Source of the DNA: Auanema rhodensis
Taxonomy: Eukaryota > Animalia > Nematoda
Direction of reading: 5' to 3'
NCBI GenBank assembly: GCA_964057225.1
Contig: OZ059897.1
Location: forward strand, 10,726,001-10,790,000
Length of the DNA: 64,000 bases
This document shows, piece by piece, positions 35,901-50,900 of the stretch. Within the stretch, counting starts at the first letter, position 1; each line of letters opens with the position of its first letter. A program made the position numbers and the translations under genes. A model generated the notes under the pieces. That model was not told the origin of the DNA, made no database searches, and saw nothing but the letters and a program-made list of their open reading frames with translations.

Positions 35901-38900
35901 TTTTTTGTTTTGAAATTTAAATGCTATAAAATTATTGCTCGCTTGTCATGTTAGATTTGTTTAATTCAAATACTTATTTAAGTTCTAACAATTTTTGATT
36001 TAATCACGTTCAATTAACTGTATTGTTTTCAAAAATAAAGACAAAATTCAATTTCTGTTCATTGAATTAGAATTTTCATGTTGTCACCCAGAAATTGAAG
36101 ATTCTTAGTTCAATTCAGTAACAATGAACACACTAACTTTGTTAAGTTGTTGTAATATTGGCCCAAGTAGTATAGTGATTAGTACTCCACGTTGTGGCCG
36201 TGGCGACACAGGTTCGATTCCTGTCTTGGGCATTTTTTGTTTTGAAATTTAAATGCTACAAAATTATTGCTTGCTTGTCATGTTAGATTTGTTTAATTCA
36301 AATACTTATTTAAGTTCTAACAATTATCGTTTTAATCACGTTCAATCAACTGTATTGTTTTCAAAAATAAAGACATCTTTCAATTTCTGGTCATTGAATT
36401 AGAATTTTCATGTTGTCACACAGAAAATGGAAAAATCTTAGTTCAATTCAGTAACAACGAATACACTAACTTTGTTAAGTTGTTGTAATATCGGCCCGAG
36501 TAATATAGTGGTTAGTACTCCACGTTGTGGCCGTGGCGACACAGATTCGATTCCTGTTTTGGGCATTTTTTGTTTTGAAATTTAAATGCTATAAACATAT
36601 TGCTTGCTTGTCATGTTAGATTTGTTTATTTCAAATACTTATTTAAGTTCTATCAATTTTCGATTTAATCACGTTCAATCAACTGTATTGTTTTCAAAAA
36701 TAAAGACATCTTTCAATTTCTGGTCATTGAATTAGAATTTTCATGTTGTCACACAGAAATTGAAGAATCTTAGTTCATTTCAGTAACAATGAACACACTA
36801 ACTTTGTTAAGTTGTTGTAATATCGGCCCAAGTAGTATAGTGGTTAGTACTCCACGTTGTGGCCGTGGCGACACAGGTTCGATTCCTGTCTTGGGCATTT
36901 TTTGTTTTGAAATTTAAATGCTATAAACATATTGCTTGCTTGTCATGTTAGATTTCTTCAATTTGAATACTTATTCAAGTTATAACAATTTTTGATTTAA
37001 TCACGTTCAATTAACTGTATTGTTTTCAAAAATAAAGACATCTTTCAATTTCTGGTCATTGAATTAGAATTTTCATGTTGTCACACAGAAATTGAAGAAT
37101 CTTAGTTCATTTCAGTAACAATGAACACACTAACTTTGTTAAGTTGTTGTAATATCGGCCCAAGTAGTATGGTGGTTAGTACTCCACGTTGTGGCCGTGG
37201 CGACACAGATTCGATTCCTGTCTTGGGCATTTTTTGTTTTGAAATTAAAGTGCTATAAACATATTGCTTGCTTGTCATGTTAGATTTGTTTAATCCAAAT
37301 ACTTATTTAAGTTCTATCAATTTTCGATTTAATCACGTTCAATCAACTGTATTGTTTTCAAAAATAAAGACATCTTTCAATTTCTGGTCATTGAATTAGA
37401 ATTTTCATGTTGTCACACAGAAATTGAAGAATCTTAGTTCATTTCAGTAACAATGAACACACTAACTTTGTTAAGTTGTTGTAATATCGGCCCAAGTAGT
37501 ATAGTGGTTAGTACTCCACGTTGTGGCCGTGGCGACACAGATTCGATTCCTGTCTTGGGCATTTTTTGTTTTGAAATTTAAATGCTATAAACATATTGCT
37601 TGCTTGTCATGTTAGATTTCTTCAATTTGAATACTTATTCAAGTTATAACAATTTTTGATTTAATCACGTTCAATTAACTGTATTGTTTTCAAAAATAAA
37701 GACATCTTTCAATTTCTGGTCATTGAATTAGAATTTTCATGTTGTCACACAGAAATTGAAGAATCTTAGTTCATTTCAGTAACAATGAACACACTAACTT
37801 TGTTAAGTTGTTGTAATATCGGCCCAAGTAGTATGGTGGTTAGTACTCCACGTTGTGGCCGTGGCGACACAGATTCGATTCCTGTCTTGGGCATTTTTTG
37901 TTTTGAAATTAAAGTGCTATAAACATATTGCTTGCTTGTCATGTTAGATTTGTTTAATTCAAATACTTATTTAAGTTCTATCAATTTTTGATTTAATCAC
38001 GTTCAATTAACTGTATTGTTTTCAAAAATAAAGACAAAATTCAATTTCTGTTCATTGAATTAGAATTTTCATGTTGTCACACAGAAATTGAAGAATCTTA
38101 GTTCAATTCAGTAACAATGAACACACTAACTTTGTTAAGTTGTTGTAATATTGGCCCAAGTAGTATAGTGATTAGTACTCCACGTTGTGGCCGTGGCGAC
38201 ACAGGTTCGATTCCTGTCTTGGGCATTTTTTGTTTTGAAATTTAAATGCTATAAAATTATTGCTCGCTTGTCATGTTAGATTTGTTTAATTCAAATACTT
38301 ATTTAAGTTCTAACAATTTTTGATTTAATCACGTTCAATTAACTGTATTGTTTTCAAAAATAAAGACAAAATTCAATTTCTGTTCATTGAATTAGAATTT
38401 TCATGTTGTCACCCAGAAATTGAAGATTCTTAGTTCAATTCAGTAACAATGAACACACTAACTTTGTTAAGTTGTTGTAATATTGGCCCAAGTAGTATAG
38501 TGATTAGTACTCCACGTTGTGGCCGTGGCGACACAGGTTCGATTCCTGTCTTGGGCATTTTTTGTTTTGAAATTTAAATGCTACAAAATTATTGCTTGCT
38601 TGTCATGTTAGATTTGTTTAATTCAAATACTTATTTAAGTTCTAACAATTATCGTTTTAATCACGTTCAATTAACAGTATTGTTTTCAAAAATAAAGACA
38701 TCTTTCAATTTCTGGTCATTGAATTAGAATTTTCATGTTGTCACCCAGAAATTGAAGATTCTTAGTTCAATTCAGTAACAATGAACACACTAACTTTGTT
38801 AAGTTGTTGTAATATCGGCCCAAGTAATATAGTGGTTAGTACTCCACGTTGTGGCCGTGGCGACACAGGTTCGATTCCTGTCTTGGGCATTTTTTGTTTT

Positions 38901-41900
38901 GAAATTAAAATGCTATAAACATATTGCTTGCTTGTCATGTTAGATTTCTTTAATTCAAATACTTATTTAAGTTCTAACAATTTTTGATTTAATCACGTTC
39001 AATCAACTGTATTGTTTTCAAAAATAAAGACATCTTTCAATTTCTGGTCATTGAATTAGAATTTTCATGTTGTCACACAGAAAATGGAAAAATCTTAGTT
39101 CAATTCAGTAACAACGAACACACTAACTTTGTTAAGTTGTTGTAATATCGGCCCGAGTAATATAGTGGTTAGTACTCCACGTTGTGGCCGTGGCGACACA
39201 GATTCGATTCCTGTTTTGGGCATTTTTTGTTTTGAAATTTAAATGCTATAAACATATTGCTTGCTTGTCATGTTAGATTTGTTTATTTCAAATACTTATT
39301 TAAGTTCTATCAATTTTCGATTTAATCACGTTCAATCAACTGTATTGTTTTCAAAAATAAAGACATCTTTCAATTTCTGGTCATTGAATTAGAATTTTCA
39401 TGTTGTCACACAGAAATTGAAGAATCTTAGTTCATTTCAGTAACAATGAACACACTAACTTTGTTAAGTTGTTGTAATATCGGCCCAAGTAGTATAGTGG
39501 TTAGTACTCCACGTTGTGGCCGTGGCGACACAGGTTCGATTCCTGTCTTGGGCATTTTTTGTTTTGAAATTTAAATGCTATAAACATATTGCTTGCTTGT
39601 CAAGTTAGATTTCTTCAATTTGAATACTTATTCAAGTTATAACAATTTTTGATTTAATCACGTTCAATTAACTGTATTGTTTTCAAAAATAAAGACATCT
39701 TTCAATTTCTGGTCATTGAATTAGAATTTTCATGTTGTCACACAGAAATTGAAGAATCTTAGTTCATTTCAGTAACAATGAACACACTAACTTTGTTAAG
39801 TTGTTGTAATATCGGCCCAAGTAGTATGGTGGTTAGTACTCCACGTTGTGGCCGTGGCTGCACAGATTCGATTCCTGTCTTGGGCATTTTTTGTTTTGAA
39901 ATTAAAGTGCTATAAACATATTGCTTGCTTGTCATGTTAGATTTGTTTAATCCAAATACTTATTTAAGTTCTATCAATTTTCGATTTAATCACGTTCAAT
40001 CAACTGTATTGTTTTCAAAAATAAAGACATCTTTCAATTTCTGGTCATTGAATTAGAATTTTCATGTTGTCACACAGAAATTGAAGAATCTTAGTTCATT
40101 TCGGTAACAATGAACACACTAACTTTGTTAAGTTGTTGTAATATCGGCCCAAGTAGTATAGTGGTTAGTACTCCACGTTGTGGCCGTGGCGACACAGATT
40201 CGATTCCTGTCTTGGGCATTTTTTGTTTTGAAATTTAAATGCTATAAACATATTGATTGCTTGTCATGTTAGATTTCTTCAATTTGAATACTTATTCAAG
40301 TTATAACAATTTTTGATTTAATCACGTTCAATTAACTGTATTGTTTTCAAAAATAAAGACATCTTTCAATTTCTGGTCATTGAATTAGAATTTTCATGTT
40401 GTCACACAGAAATTGAAGAATCTTAGTTCATTTCAGTAACAATGAACACACTAACTTTGTTAAGTTGTTGTAATATCGGCCCAAGTAGTATGGTGGTTAG
40501 TACTCCACGTTGTGGCCGTGGCGACACAGATTCGATTCCTGTCTTGGGCATTTTTTGTTTTGAAATTAAAGTGCTATAAACATATTGCTTGCTTGTCATG
40601 TTAGATTTGTTTAATTCAAATACTTATTTAAGTTCTATCAATTTTTGATTTAATCACGTTCAATTAACTGTATTGTTTTCAAAAATAAAGACAAAATTCA
40701 ATTTCTGTTCATTGAATTAGAATTTTCATGTTGTCACACAGAAATTGAAGAATCTTAGTTCATTTCAGTAACAATGAACACATTAACTTTGTTAAGTTGT
40801 TGTAATATCGGCCCAAGTAGTATAGTGGTTAGTACTCCACGTTGTGGCCGTGGCGACACAGGTTCAATTCCTGTCTTGGGCATTTTTTGTTTTGAAATTA
40901 AAATGCTATAAACATATTGCTTGCTTGTCATGTTAGATTTGTTTAATTCAAATACTTATTTAAGTTCTAACAATTTTTGATTTAATCACGTTCAATTAAC
41001 AGTATTGTTTTCAAAAATGAAGACATCTTTCAATTTTTGGTCATTGATTAGAATTTTCATGTTGTCACACAGAAATTGAAGAATCTTAGTTCATTTCAGT
41101 AACAATGAACACACTAACTTTGTTAAGTTGTTGTAATATCGGCCCAAGTAGTATAGTGGTTAGTACTCCACGTTGTGGCCGTGGCGACACAGGTTCGATT
41201 CCTGTCTTGGGCATTTTTTGTTTTGAAATTTAAATGCTATAAACATATTGCTTGCTTGTCATGTTAGATTTCTTCAATTTGAATACTTATTCAAGTTATA
41301 ACAATTTTTGATTTAATCACGTTCAATTAACTGTATTGTTTTCAAAAATAAAGACATCTTTCAATTTCTGGTCATTGAATTAGAATTTTCATGTTGTCAC
41401 ACAGAAATTGAAGAATCTTAGTTCATTTCAGTAACAATGAACACACTAACTTTGTTAAGTTGTTGTAATATCGGCCCAAGTAGTATAGTGGTTAGTACTC
41501 GACGTTGTGGCCGTGGCGACACAGATTCGATTCCTGTCTTGGGCATTTTTTGTTTTGAAATTAAAGTGCTATAAACATATTGCTTGCTTGTCATGTTAGA
41601 TTTGTTTAATCCAAATACTTATTTAAGTTCTATCAATTTTCGATTTAATCACGTTCAATCAACTGTATTGTTTTCAAAAATAAAGACATCTTTCAATTTC
41701 TGGTCATTGAATTAGAATTTTCATGTTGTCACACAGAAATTGAAGAATCTTAGTTCATTTCAGTAACAATGAACACACTAACTTTGTTAAGTTGTTGTAA
41801 TATCGGCCCAAGTAGTATAGTGGTTAGTACTCCACGTTGTCGCAGTGGCGACACAGATTCGATTCCTGTCTTGGGCATTTTTTGTTTTGAAATTTAAATG

Positions 41901-44900
41901 CTATAAACATATTGCTTGCTTGTCATGTTAGATTTCTTCAATTTGAATACTTATTCAAGTTATAACAATTTTTGATTTAATCACGTTCAATTAACTGTAT
42001 TGTTTTCAAAAATAAAGACCTCTTTCAATTTCTGGTCATTGAATTAGAATTTTCATGTTGTCACACAGAAATTGAAGAATCTTAGTTCATTTCAGTAACA
42101 ATGAACACACTAACTTTGTTAAGTTGTTGTAATATCGGCCCAAGTAGTATGGTGGTTAGTACTCCACGTTGTGGCCGTGGCGACACAGATTCGATTCCTG
42201 TCTTGGGCATTTTTTGTTTTGAAATTAAAGTGCTATAAACATATTGCTTTCTTGTCATGTTAGATTTGTTTAATTCAAATACTTATTTAAGTTCTATCAA
42301 TTTTTGATTTAATCACGTTCAATTAACTGTATTGTTTTCAAAAATAAAGACAAAATTCAATTTCTGTTCATTGAATTAGAATTTTCATGTTGTCACACAG
42401 AAATTGAAGAATCTTAGTTCATTTCAGTAACAATGAACACATTAACTTTGTTAAGTTGTTGTAATATCGGCCCAAGTAGTATAGTGGTTAGTACTCCACG
42501 TTGTGGCCGTGGCGACACAGGTTCAATTCCTGTCTTGGGCATTTTTTGTTTTGAAATTAAAATGCTATAAACATATTGCTTGCTTGTCATGTTAGATTTG
42601 TTTAATTCAAATACTTATTTAAGTTCTAACAATTTTTGATTTAATCACGTTCAATTAACAGTATTGTTTTCAAAAATGAAGACATCTTTCAATTTTTGGT
42701 CATTGATTAGAATTTTCATGTTGTCACACAGAAATTGAAGAATCTTAGTTCATTTCAGTAACAATGAACACACTAACTTTGTTAAGTTGTTGTAATATCG
42801 GCCCAAGTAGTATAGTGGTTAGTACTCCACGTTGTGGCCGTGGCGACACAGATTCGATTCCTGTCTTGGGCATTTTTTGTTTTGAAATTTAAATGCTATA
42901 AACATATTGCTTGCTTGTCATGTTAGATTTCTTCAATTTGAATACTTATTCAAGTTATAACAATTTTTGATTTAATCACGTTCAATTAACTGTATTGTTT
43001 TCAAAAATAAAGACCTCTTTCAATTTCTGGTCATTGAATTAGAATTTTCATGTTGTCACACAGAAATTGAAGAATCTTAGTTCATTTCAGTAACAATGAA
43101 CACACTAACTTTGTTAAGTTGTTGTAATATCGGCCCAAGTAGTATGGTGGTTAGTACTCCACGTTGTGGCCGTGGCGACACAGATTCGATTCCTGTCTTG
43201 GGCATTTTTTGTTTTGAAATTAAAGTGCTATAAACATATTGCTTGCTTGTCATGTTAGATTTGTTTAATTCAAATACTTATTTAAGTTCTATCAATTTTT
43301 GATTTAATCACGTTCAATTAACTGTATTGTTTTCAAAAATAAAGACAAAATTCAATTTCTGTTCATTGAATTAGAATTTTCATGTTGTCACACAGAAATT
43401 GAAGAATCTTAGTTCATTTCAGTAACAATGAACACATTAACTTTGTTAAGTTGTTGTAATATCGGCCCAAGTAGTATAGTGGTTAGTACTCCACGTTGTG
43501 GCCGTGGCGACACAGGTTCAATTCCTGTCTTGGGCATTTTTTGTTTTGAAATTAAAATGCTATAAACATATTGCTTGCTTGTCATGTTAGATTTGTTTAA
43601 TTCAAATACTTATTTAAGTTCTAACAATTTTTGATTTAATCACGTTCAATTAACAGTATTGTTTTCAAAAATGAAGACATCTTTCAATTTTTGGTCATTG
43701 ATTAGAATTTTCATGTTGTCACACAGAAATTGAAGAATCTTAGTTCATTTCAGTAACAATGAACACACTAACTTTGTTAAGTTGTTGTAATATCGGCCCA
43801 AGTAGTATAGTGGTTAGTACTCCACGTTGTGGCCGTGGCGACACAGGTTCGATTCCTGTCTTGGGCATTTTTTGTTTTGAAATTTAAATGCTATAAAATT
43901 ATTGCTTGCTTGTCATGTTAGATTTGTTTAATTCAAATATTTATTTAATTTCTAACAATTTTTGATTTAATCACGTTCAACTAACTGTATTGTTTTCAAA
44001 AATAAAGACATCTTTCAATTTCTGGTCATTGAATTAGAATTTTCATGTTGTCACACAGGAAATGAAGAATCTTAGTTCATTTCAGTAACAATGAACACAC
44101 TAACTTTGTTAAGTTGTTGTAATATCGGCCCAAGTAGTATAGTGGTTAGTACTCCACGTTGTGGCCGTGGCGACACAGGTTCGATTCCTGTCTTGGGCAT
44201 TTTTTGTTTTGAAATTTGAATGCTATAAACATATTGCTTGCTTGTCTTGTTAGATTTGTTTAATTCAAATACTTATTTAAGTTCTAACAATTTTCGATTT
44301 AATCACGTTCAATCAACTATATTGTTTTCAAAAATGAAGACATCTTTCAATTTTTGGTCATTGATTAGAATTTTCATGTTGTCACACAGAAATTGAAGAA
44401 TCTTAGTTCATTTCAGTAACAATGAACACACTAACTTTGTTAAGTTGTTGTAATATCGGCCCAAGTAGTATAGTGGTTAGTACTCCACGTTGTGGCCGTG
44501 GCGACACAGGTTCGATTCCTGTCTTGGGCATTTTTTGTTTTGAAATTTAAATGCTATAAAATTATTGCTTGCTTGTCATGTTAGGTTTGTTTAATTCAAA
44601 TACTTATTTAAGTTCTAACAATTTTTGATTTAATCACGTTCAATTAACTGTATTGTTTTCAAAAATAAAGACATCTTTCAATTTCTGGTCATTGAATTAG
44701 AATTTTCATGTTGTCACACAGGAAATGAAGAATCTTAGTTCATTTCAGTAACAATGAACACAATAATTTTGTTTAGTTTGTAATACCGGCCCAAGTAGTA
44801 TAGTGGTTAGTACTCCACGTTGTGGCCGTGGCGACACAGGTTCGATTCCTGTCTTGGGCATTTTTTGTTTTGAAATTTAAATGCTATAAAATTATTGCTT

Positions 44901-47900
44901 GCTTGTCATGTTAGATTTGTTTAATTCAAATACTTATTTAAGTTCTAACAATTTTTGATTTAATGACGTTCAATTAACTGTATTGTTTTCAAAAATAAAG
45001 ACATCTTTCAATTTCTGGTCATTGAATTAGAATTTTCATGTTGTCACACAGGAAATGAAGAATCTTAGTTCATTTCAGTAACAATGAACACAATAATTTT
45101 GTTTAGTTTGTAATACCGGCCCAAGTAGTATAGTGGTTAGTACTCCACGTTGTGGCCGTGGCGACACAGGTTCGATTCCTGTCTTGGGCATTTTTTGTTT
45201 TGAAATTTAAATGCTATAAAATTATTGCTTGCTTGTCATGTTAGATTTGTTTAATTTAAATACTCATTTAAGTTCCAACAATTTTCCATTAAATCACGTT
45301 CATTTAACTGTATTGTTTTCAAAAATAAAGACAAAATTCAATTTCTGTTCATTGAATTAGAATTTTCATGTTGTCACACAGAAATTGAAGAATCTTAGTT
45401 CATTTCAGTAACAATGAACACAATAATTTTGTTTAGTTTGTAATACCGGCCCAAGTAGTATAGTGGTTAGTACTCCACGTTGTGGCCGTGGCGACACAGG
45501 TTCGATTCCTGTCTTGGGCATTTTTTGTTTTGAAATTTAAATGCTATAAAATTATTGCTTGCTTGTCATGTTAGATTTGTTTAATTCAAATACTTATTTA
45601 AGTTCTAACAATTTTTGATTTAATGACGTTCAATTAACTGTATTGTTTTCAAAAATAAAGACATCTTTCAATTTCTGGTCATTGAATTAGAATTTTCATG
45701 TTGTCACACAGGAAATGAAGAATCTTAGTTCATTTCAGTAACAATGAACACAATAATTTTGTTTAGTTTGTAATACCGGCCCAAGTAGTATAGTGGTTAG
45801 TACTCCACGTTGTGGCCGTGGCGACACAGGTTCGATTCCTGTCTTGGGCATTTTTTGTTTTGAAATTTAAATGCTATAAAATTATTGCTTGCTTGTCATG
45901 TTAGATTTGTTTAATTTAAATACTCATTTAAGTTCCAACAATTTTCGATTAAATCACGTTCATTTAACTCTATTGTTTTCAAAAATAAAGACAAAATTCA
46001 ATTTCTGTTCATTGAATTAGAATTTTCATGTTGTCACACAGAAATTGAAGAATCTTAGTTCATTTCAGTAACAATGAACACACTATCTTTGTTAAGTTGT
46101 TGTAATATCGGCCCAAGTAGTATAGTGGTTAGTACTCCACGTTGTGGCCGTGGCGACACAGGTTCGATTCCTGTCTTGGGCATTTTTTGTTTTGAAATTT
46201 GAATGCTATAAACATATTGCTTGCTTGTCTTGTTAGATTTGTTTAATTCAAATACTTATTTAAGTTCTAACAATTTTCGATTTAATCACGTTCAATCAAC
46301 TATATTGTTTTCAAAAATGAAGACATCTTTCAATTTTTGGTCATTGATTAGAATTTTCATGTTGTCACACAGAAATTGAAGAATCTTAGTTCATTTCAGT
46401 AACAATGAACACAATAATTTTGTTTAGTTTGTAATACCGGCCCAAGTAGTATAGTGGTTAGTACTCCACGTTGTGGCCGTGGCGACACAGGTTCGATTCC
46501 TGTCTTGGGCATTTTTTGTTTTGAAATTTGAATGCTATAAACATATTGCTTGCTTGTCTTGTTAGATTTGTTTAATTCAAATACTTATTTAAGTTCTAAC
46601 AATTTTCGATTTAATCACGTTCAATCAACTATATTGTTTTCAAAAATGAAGACATCTTTCAATTTTTGGTCATTGATTAGAATTTTCATGTTGTCACACA
46701 GAAATTGAAGAATCTTAGTTCATTTCAGTAACAATGAACACACTAACTTTGTTAAGTTGTTGTAATATCGGCCCAAGTAGTATAGTGGTTAGTACTCCAC
46801 GTTGTGGCCGTGGCGACACAGGTTCGATTCCTGTCTTGGGCATTTTTTGTTTTGAAATTTAAATGCTATAAAATTATTGCTTGCTTGTCATGTTAGGTTT
46901 GTTTAATTCAAATACTTATTTAAGTTCTAACAATTTTTGATTTAATCACGTTCAATTAACTGTATTGTTTTCAAAAATAAAGACATCTTTCAATTTCTGG
47001 TCATTGAATTAGAATTTTCATGTTGTCACACAGGAAATGAAGAATCTTAGTTCATTTCAGTAACAATGAACACAATAATTTTGTTTAGTTTGTAATACCG
47101 GCCCAAGTAGTATAGTGGTTAGTACTCCACGTTGTGGCCGTGGCGACACAGGTTCGATTCCTGTCTTGGGCATTTTTTGTTTTGAAATTTAAATGCTATA
47201 AAATTATTGCTTGCTTGTCATGTTAGATTTGTTTAATTCAAATACTTATTTAAGTTCTAACAATTTTTGATTTAATGACGTTCAATTAACTGTATTGTTT
47301 TCAAAAATAAAGACATCTTTCAATTTCTGGTCATTGAATTAGAATTTTCATGTTGTCACACAGGAAATGAAGAATCTTAGTTCATTTCAGTAACAATGAA
47401 CACAATAATTTTGTTTAGTTTGTAATACCGGCCCAAGTAGTATAGTGGTTAGTACTCCACGTTGTGGCCGTGGCGACACAGGTTCGATTCCTGTCTTGGG
47501 CATTTTTTGTTTTGAAATTTAAATGCTATAAAATTATTGCTTGCTTGTCATGTTAGATTTGTTTAATTTAAATACTCATTTAAGTTCCAACAATTTTCGA
47601 TTAAATCACGTTCATTTAACTCTATTGTTTTCAAAAATAAAGACAAAATTCAATTTCTGTTCATTGAATTAGAATTTTCATGTTGTCACACAGAAATTGA
47701 AGAATCTTAGTTCATTTCAGTAACAATGAACACACTATCTTTGTTAAGTTGTTGTAATATCGGCCCAAGTAGTATAGTGGTTAGTACTCCACGTTGTGGC
47801 CGTGGCGACACAGGTTCGATTCCTGTCTTGGGCATTTTTTGTTTTGAAATTTAAATGCTATGAAATTATTGCTTGCTTGTCATGTTAGATTTGTTTAATT

Positions 47901-50900
47901 TGAATACTCGTTTAAGTTCCAACAATTTTTGATTAAATCACGTTCAATTAACTGTATTGTTTTCAAAAATAAAGACATCTTTCAATTTCTGGTCATTGAA
48001 TTAGAATTTTCATGTTGTCACACAGAAATTGAAGAATCTTAGTTCATTTCAGTAACAATGAACACACTAACTTTGTTAAGTTGTTGTAATATCGGCCCAA
48101 GTAGTATAGTGATTAGTACTCCACGTTGTGGCCGTGGCGACACAGGTTCGATTCCTGTCTAGGGCATTTTTTGTTTTGAAATTTAAATGCTATAAAATTA
48201 TTGCTCGCTTGTCATGTTAGATTTGTTTAATTCAAATACTTATTTAAGTTCTAACAATTTTTGATTTAATCACGTTCAATTAACTGTATTGTTTTCAAAA
48301 ATAAAGACAAAATTCAATTTCTGTTCATTGAATTAGAATTTTCATGTTGTCACCCAGAAATTGAAGATTCTTAGTTCAATTCAGTAACAATGAACACACT
48401 AACTTTGTTAAGTTGTTGTGATATCGGCCCAAGTAATATAGTGGTTAGTACTCCACGTTGTGGCCGTGGCGACACAGATTCGATTCCTGTCTTGGGCATT
48501 TTTTGTTTTGAAATTAAAATGCTACAAAATTATTGCTTGCTTGTCATGTTAGATTTGTTTAATTCAAATACTTATTTAAGTTCTAACAATTATCGATTTA
48601 ATCACGTTCAATCAACTGTATTGTTTTCAAAAATAAAGACATCTTTCAATTTCTGGTCATTGAATTAGAATTTTCATGTTGTCACACAGAAATTGAAGAA
48701 TCTTAGTTCAATTCAGTAACAATGAACACACTAACTTTGTTAAGTTGTTGTAATATCGGCCCAAGTAGTATAGTGGTTAGTACTCCACGTTGTGGCCGTG
48801 GCGACACAGGTTCGATTCCTGTCTTGGGCATTTTTTGTTTTGAAATTTAAATGCTATAAACATATTGCTTGCTTGTCATATTAGATTTCTTTAATTTGAA
48901 TACTTATTCAAGTTATAACAATTTTTGATTTAATCACGTTCAATTAACTGTATTGTTTTCAAAAATAAAGACATCTTTCAATTTCTGGTCATTGAATTAG
49001 AATTTTCATGTTGTCACACAGAAATTGAAGAATCTTAGTTCATTTCAGTAACAATGAACACACTAACTTTGTTAAGTTGTTGTAATATCGGCCCAAGTAG
49101 TATAGTGGTTAGTACTCCACGTTGTGGCCGTGGCGACACAGGTTCGATTCCTGTCTTGGGCATTTTTTGTTTTGAAATTAAAATGCTATAAAATTATTGC
49201 TTGCTTGTCTTGTTAGATTTGTTTAATTCAAATACTTATTTAAGTTCTAACAATTTTCGATTTAATCACGTTCAATCAACTGTATTGTTTTCAAAAATAA
49301 AGACATCTTTCAATTTCTGGTCATTGAATTAGAATTTTCATGTTGTCACACAGAAATTGAAGAATCTTAGTTCATTTCAGTAACAATGAACACACTAACT
49401 TTGTTAAGTTGTTGTAATATCGGCCCAAGTAGTATAGTGGTTAGTACTCCACGTTGTGGCCGTGGCGACACAGGTTCGATTCCTGTCTTGGGCATTTTTT
49501 GTTTTGAAATTAAAATGCTATAAAATTATTGCTTGCTTGTCTTGTTAGATTTCTTTAATTTGAATACTTATTCAAGTTATAACAATTTTCGATTTAATCA
49601 CGTTCAATCAACTGTATTGTTTTCAAAAATAAAGACATCTTTCAATTTCTGGTCATTGAATTAGAATTTTCATGTTGTCACACAGAAATTGAAGAATCTT
49701 AGTTCATTTCAGTAACAATGAACACACTAACTTTGTTAAGTTGTTGTAATATCGGCCCAAGTAGTATAGTGGTTAGTACTCCACGTTGTGGCCGTGGCGA
49801 CACAGGTTCGATTCCTGTCTTGGGCATTTTTTGTTTTGAAATTAAAATGCTATAAAATTATTGCTTGCTTGTCTTGTTAGATTTGTTTAATTCAAATACT
49901 TATTTAAGTTCTAACAATTTTCGATTTAATCACGTTCAATCAACTGTATTGTTTTCAAAAATAAAGACAAAATTCAATTTCTGTTCGTTGAATTAGAATT
50001 TTCATGTTGTCACACAGAAATTGAAGAATCTTAGTTCAATTCAGTAACAACGAACACACTAACTTTGTTAAGTTGTTGTAATATCGGCCCAAGTAATATA
50101 GTGGTTAGTACTCCACGTTGTGGCCGTGGCGACACAGGTTCGATTCCTGTCTTGGGCATTTTTTGTTTTGAAATTTAAATGCTATGAAATTATTGCTTGC
50201 TTGTCATGTTAGATTTGTTTAATTTAAATACTTATTTAAGTTCCAACAATTTTCGATTAAATCACGTTCAATTAACTGTATTGTTTTCAAAAATAAAGAC
50301 AAAATTCAATTTCTGTTCATTGAATTAGAATTGTCATGTTGTCACACAGAAATTGAAGAATCTTAGTTCATTTCAGTAACAATGAACACACTAACTTTGT
50401 TAAGTTGTTGTGATATCGGCCCAAGTAGTATAGTGGTTAGTACTCCACGTTGTGGCCGTGGCGACACAGGTTCGATTCCTGTCTTGGGCATTTTTTGTTT
50501 TGAAATTTAAATGCTATGAAATTATTGCTTGCTTATCATGTTAGATTTGTTTAATTTAAATACTCGTTTAAGTTCCAACAATTTTTGATTAAATCACGTT
50601 CAATTAACTGTATTGTTTTCAAAAATAAAGACATCTTTCAATTTCTGGTCATTGAATTAGAATTTTCATGTTGTCACACAGAAATTGAAGAATCTTAGTT
50701 GATTTCAGTAACAATGAACACACTAACTTTGTTAAGTTGTTGTAATATCGGCCCAAGTAGTATAGTGATTAGTACTCCACGTTGTGGCCGTGGCGACACA
50801 GGTTCGATTCCTGTCTTGGGCATTTTTTGATTTGAAATTTAAATGCTATAAAATTATTGCTCGCTTGTCATGTTAGATTTGTTTAATTCAAATACTTATT

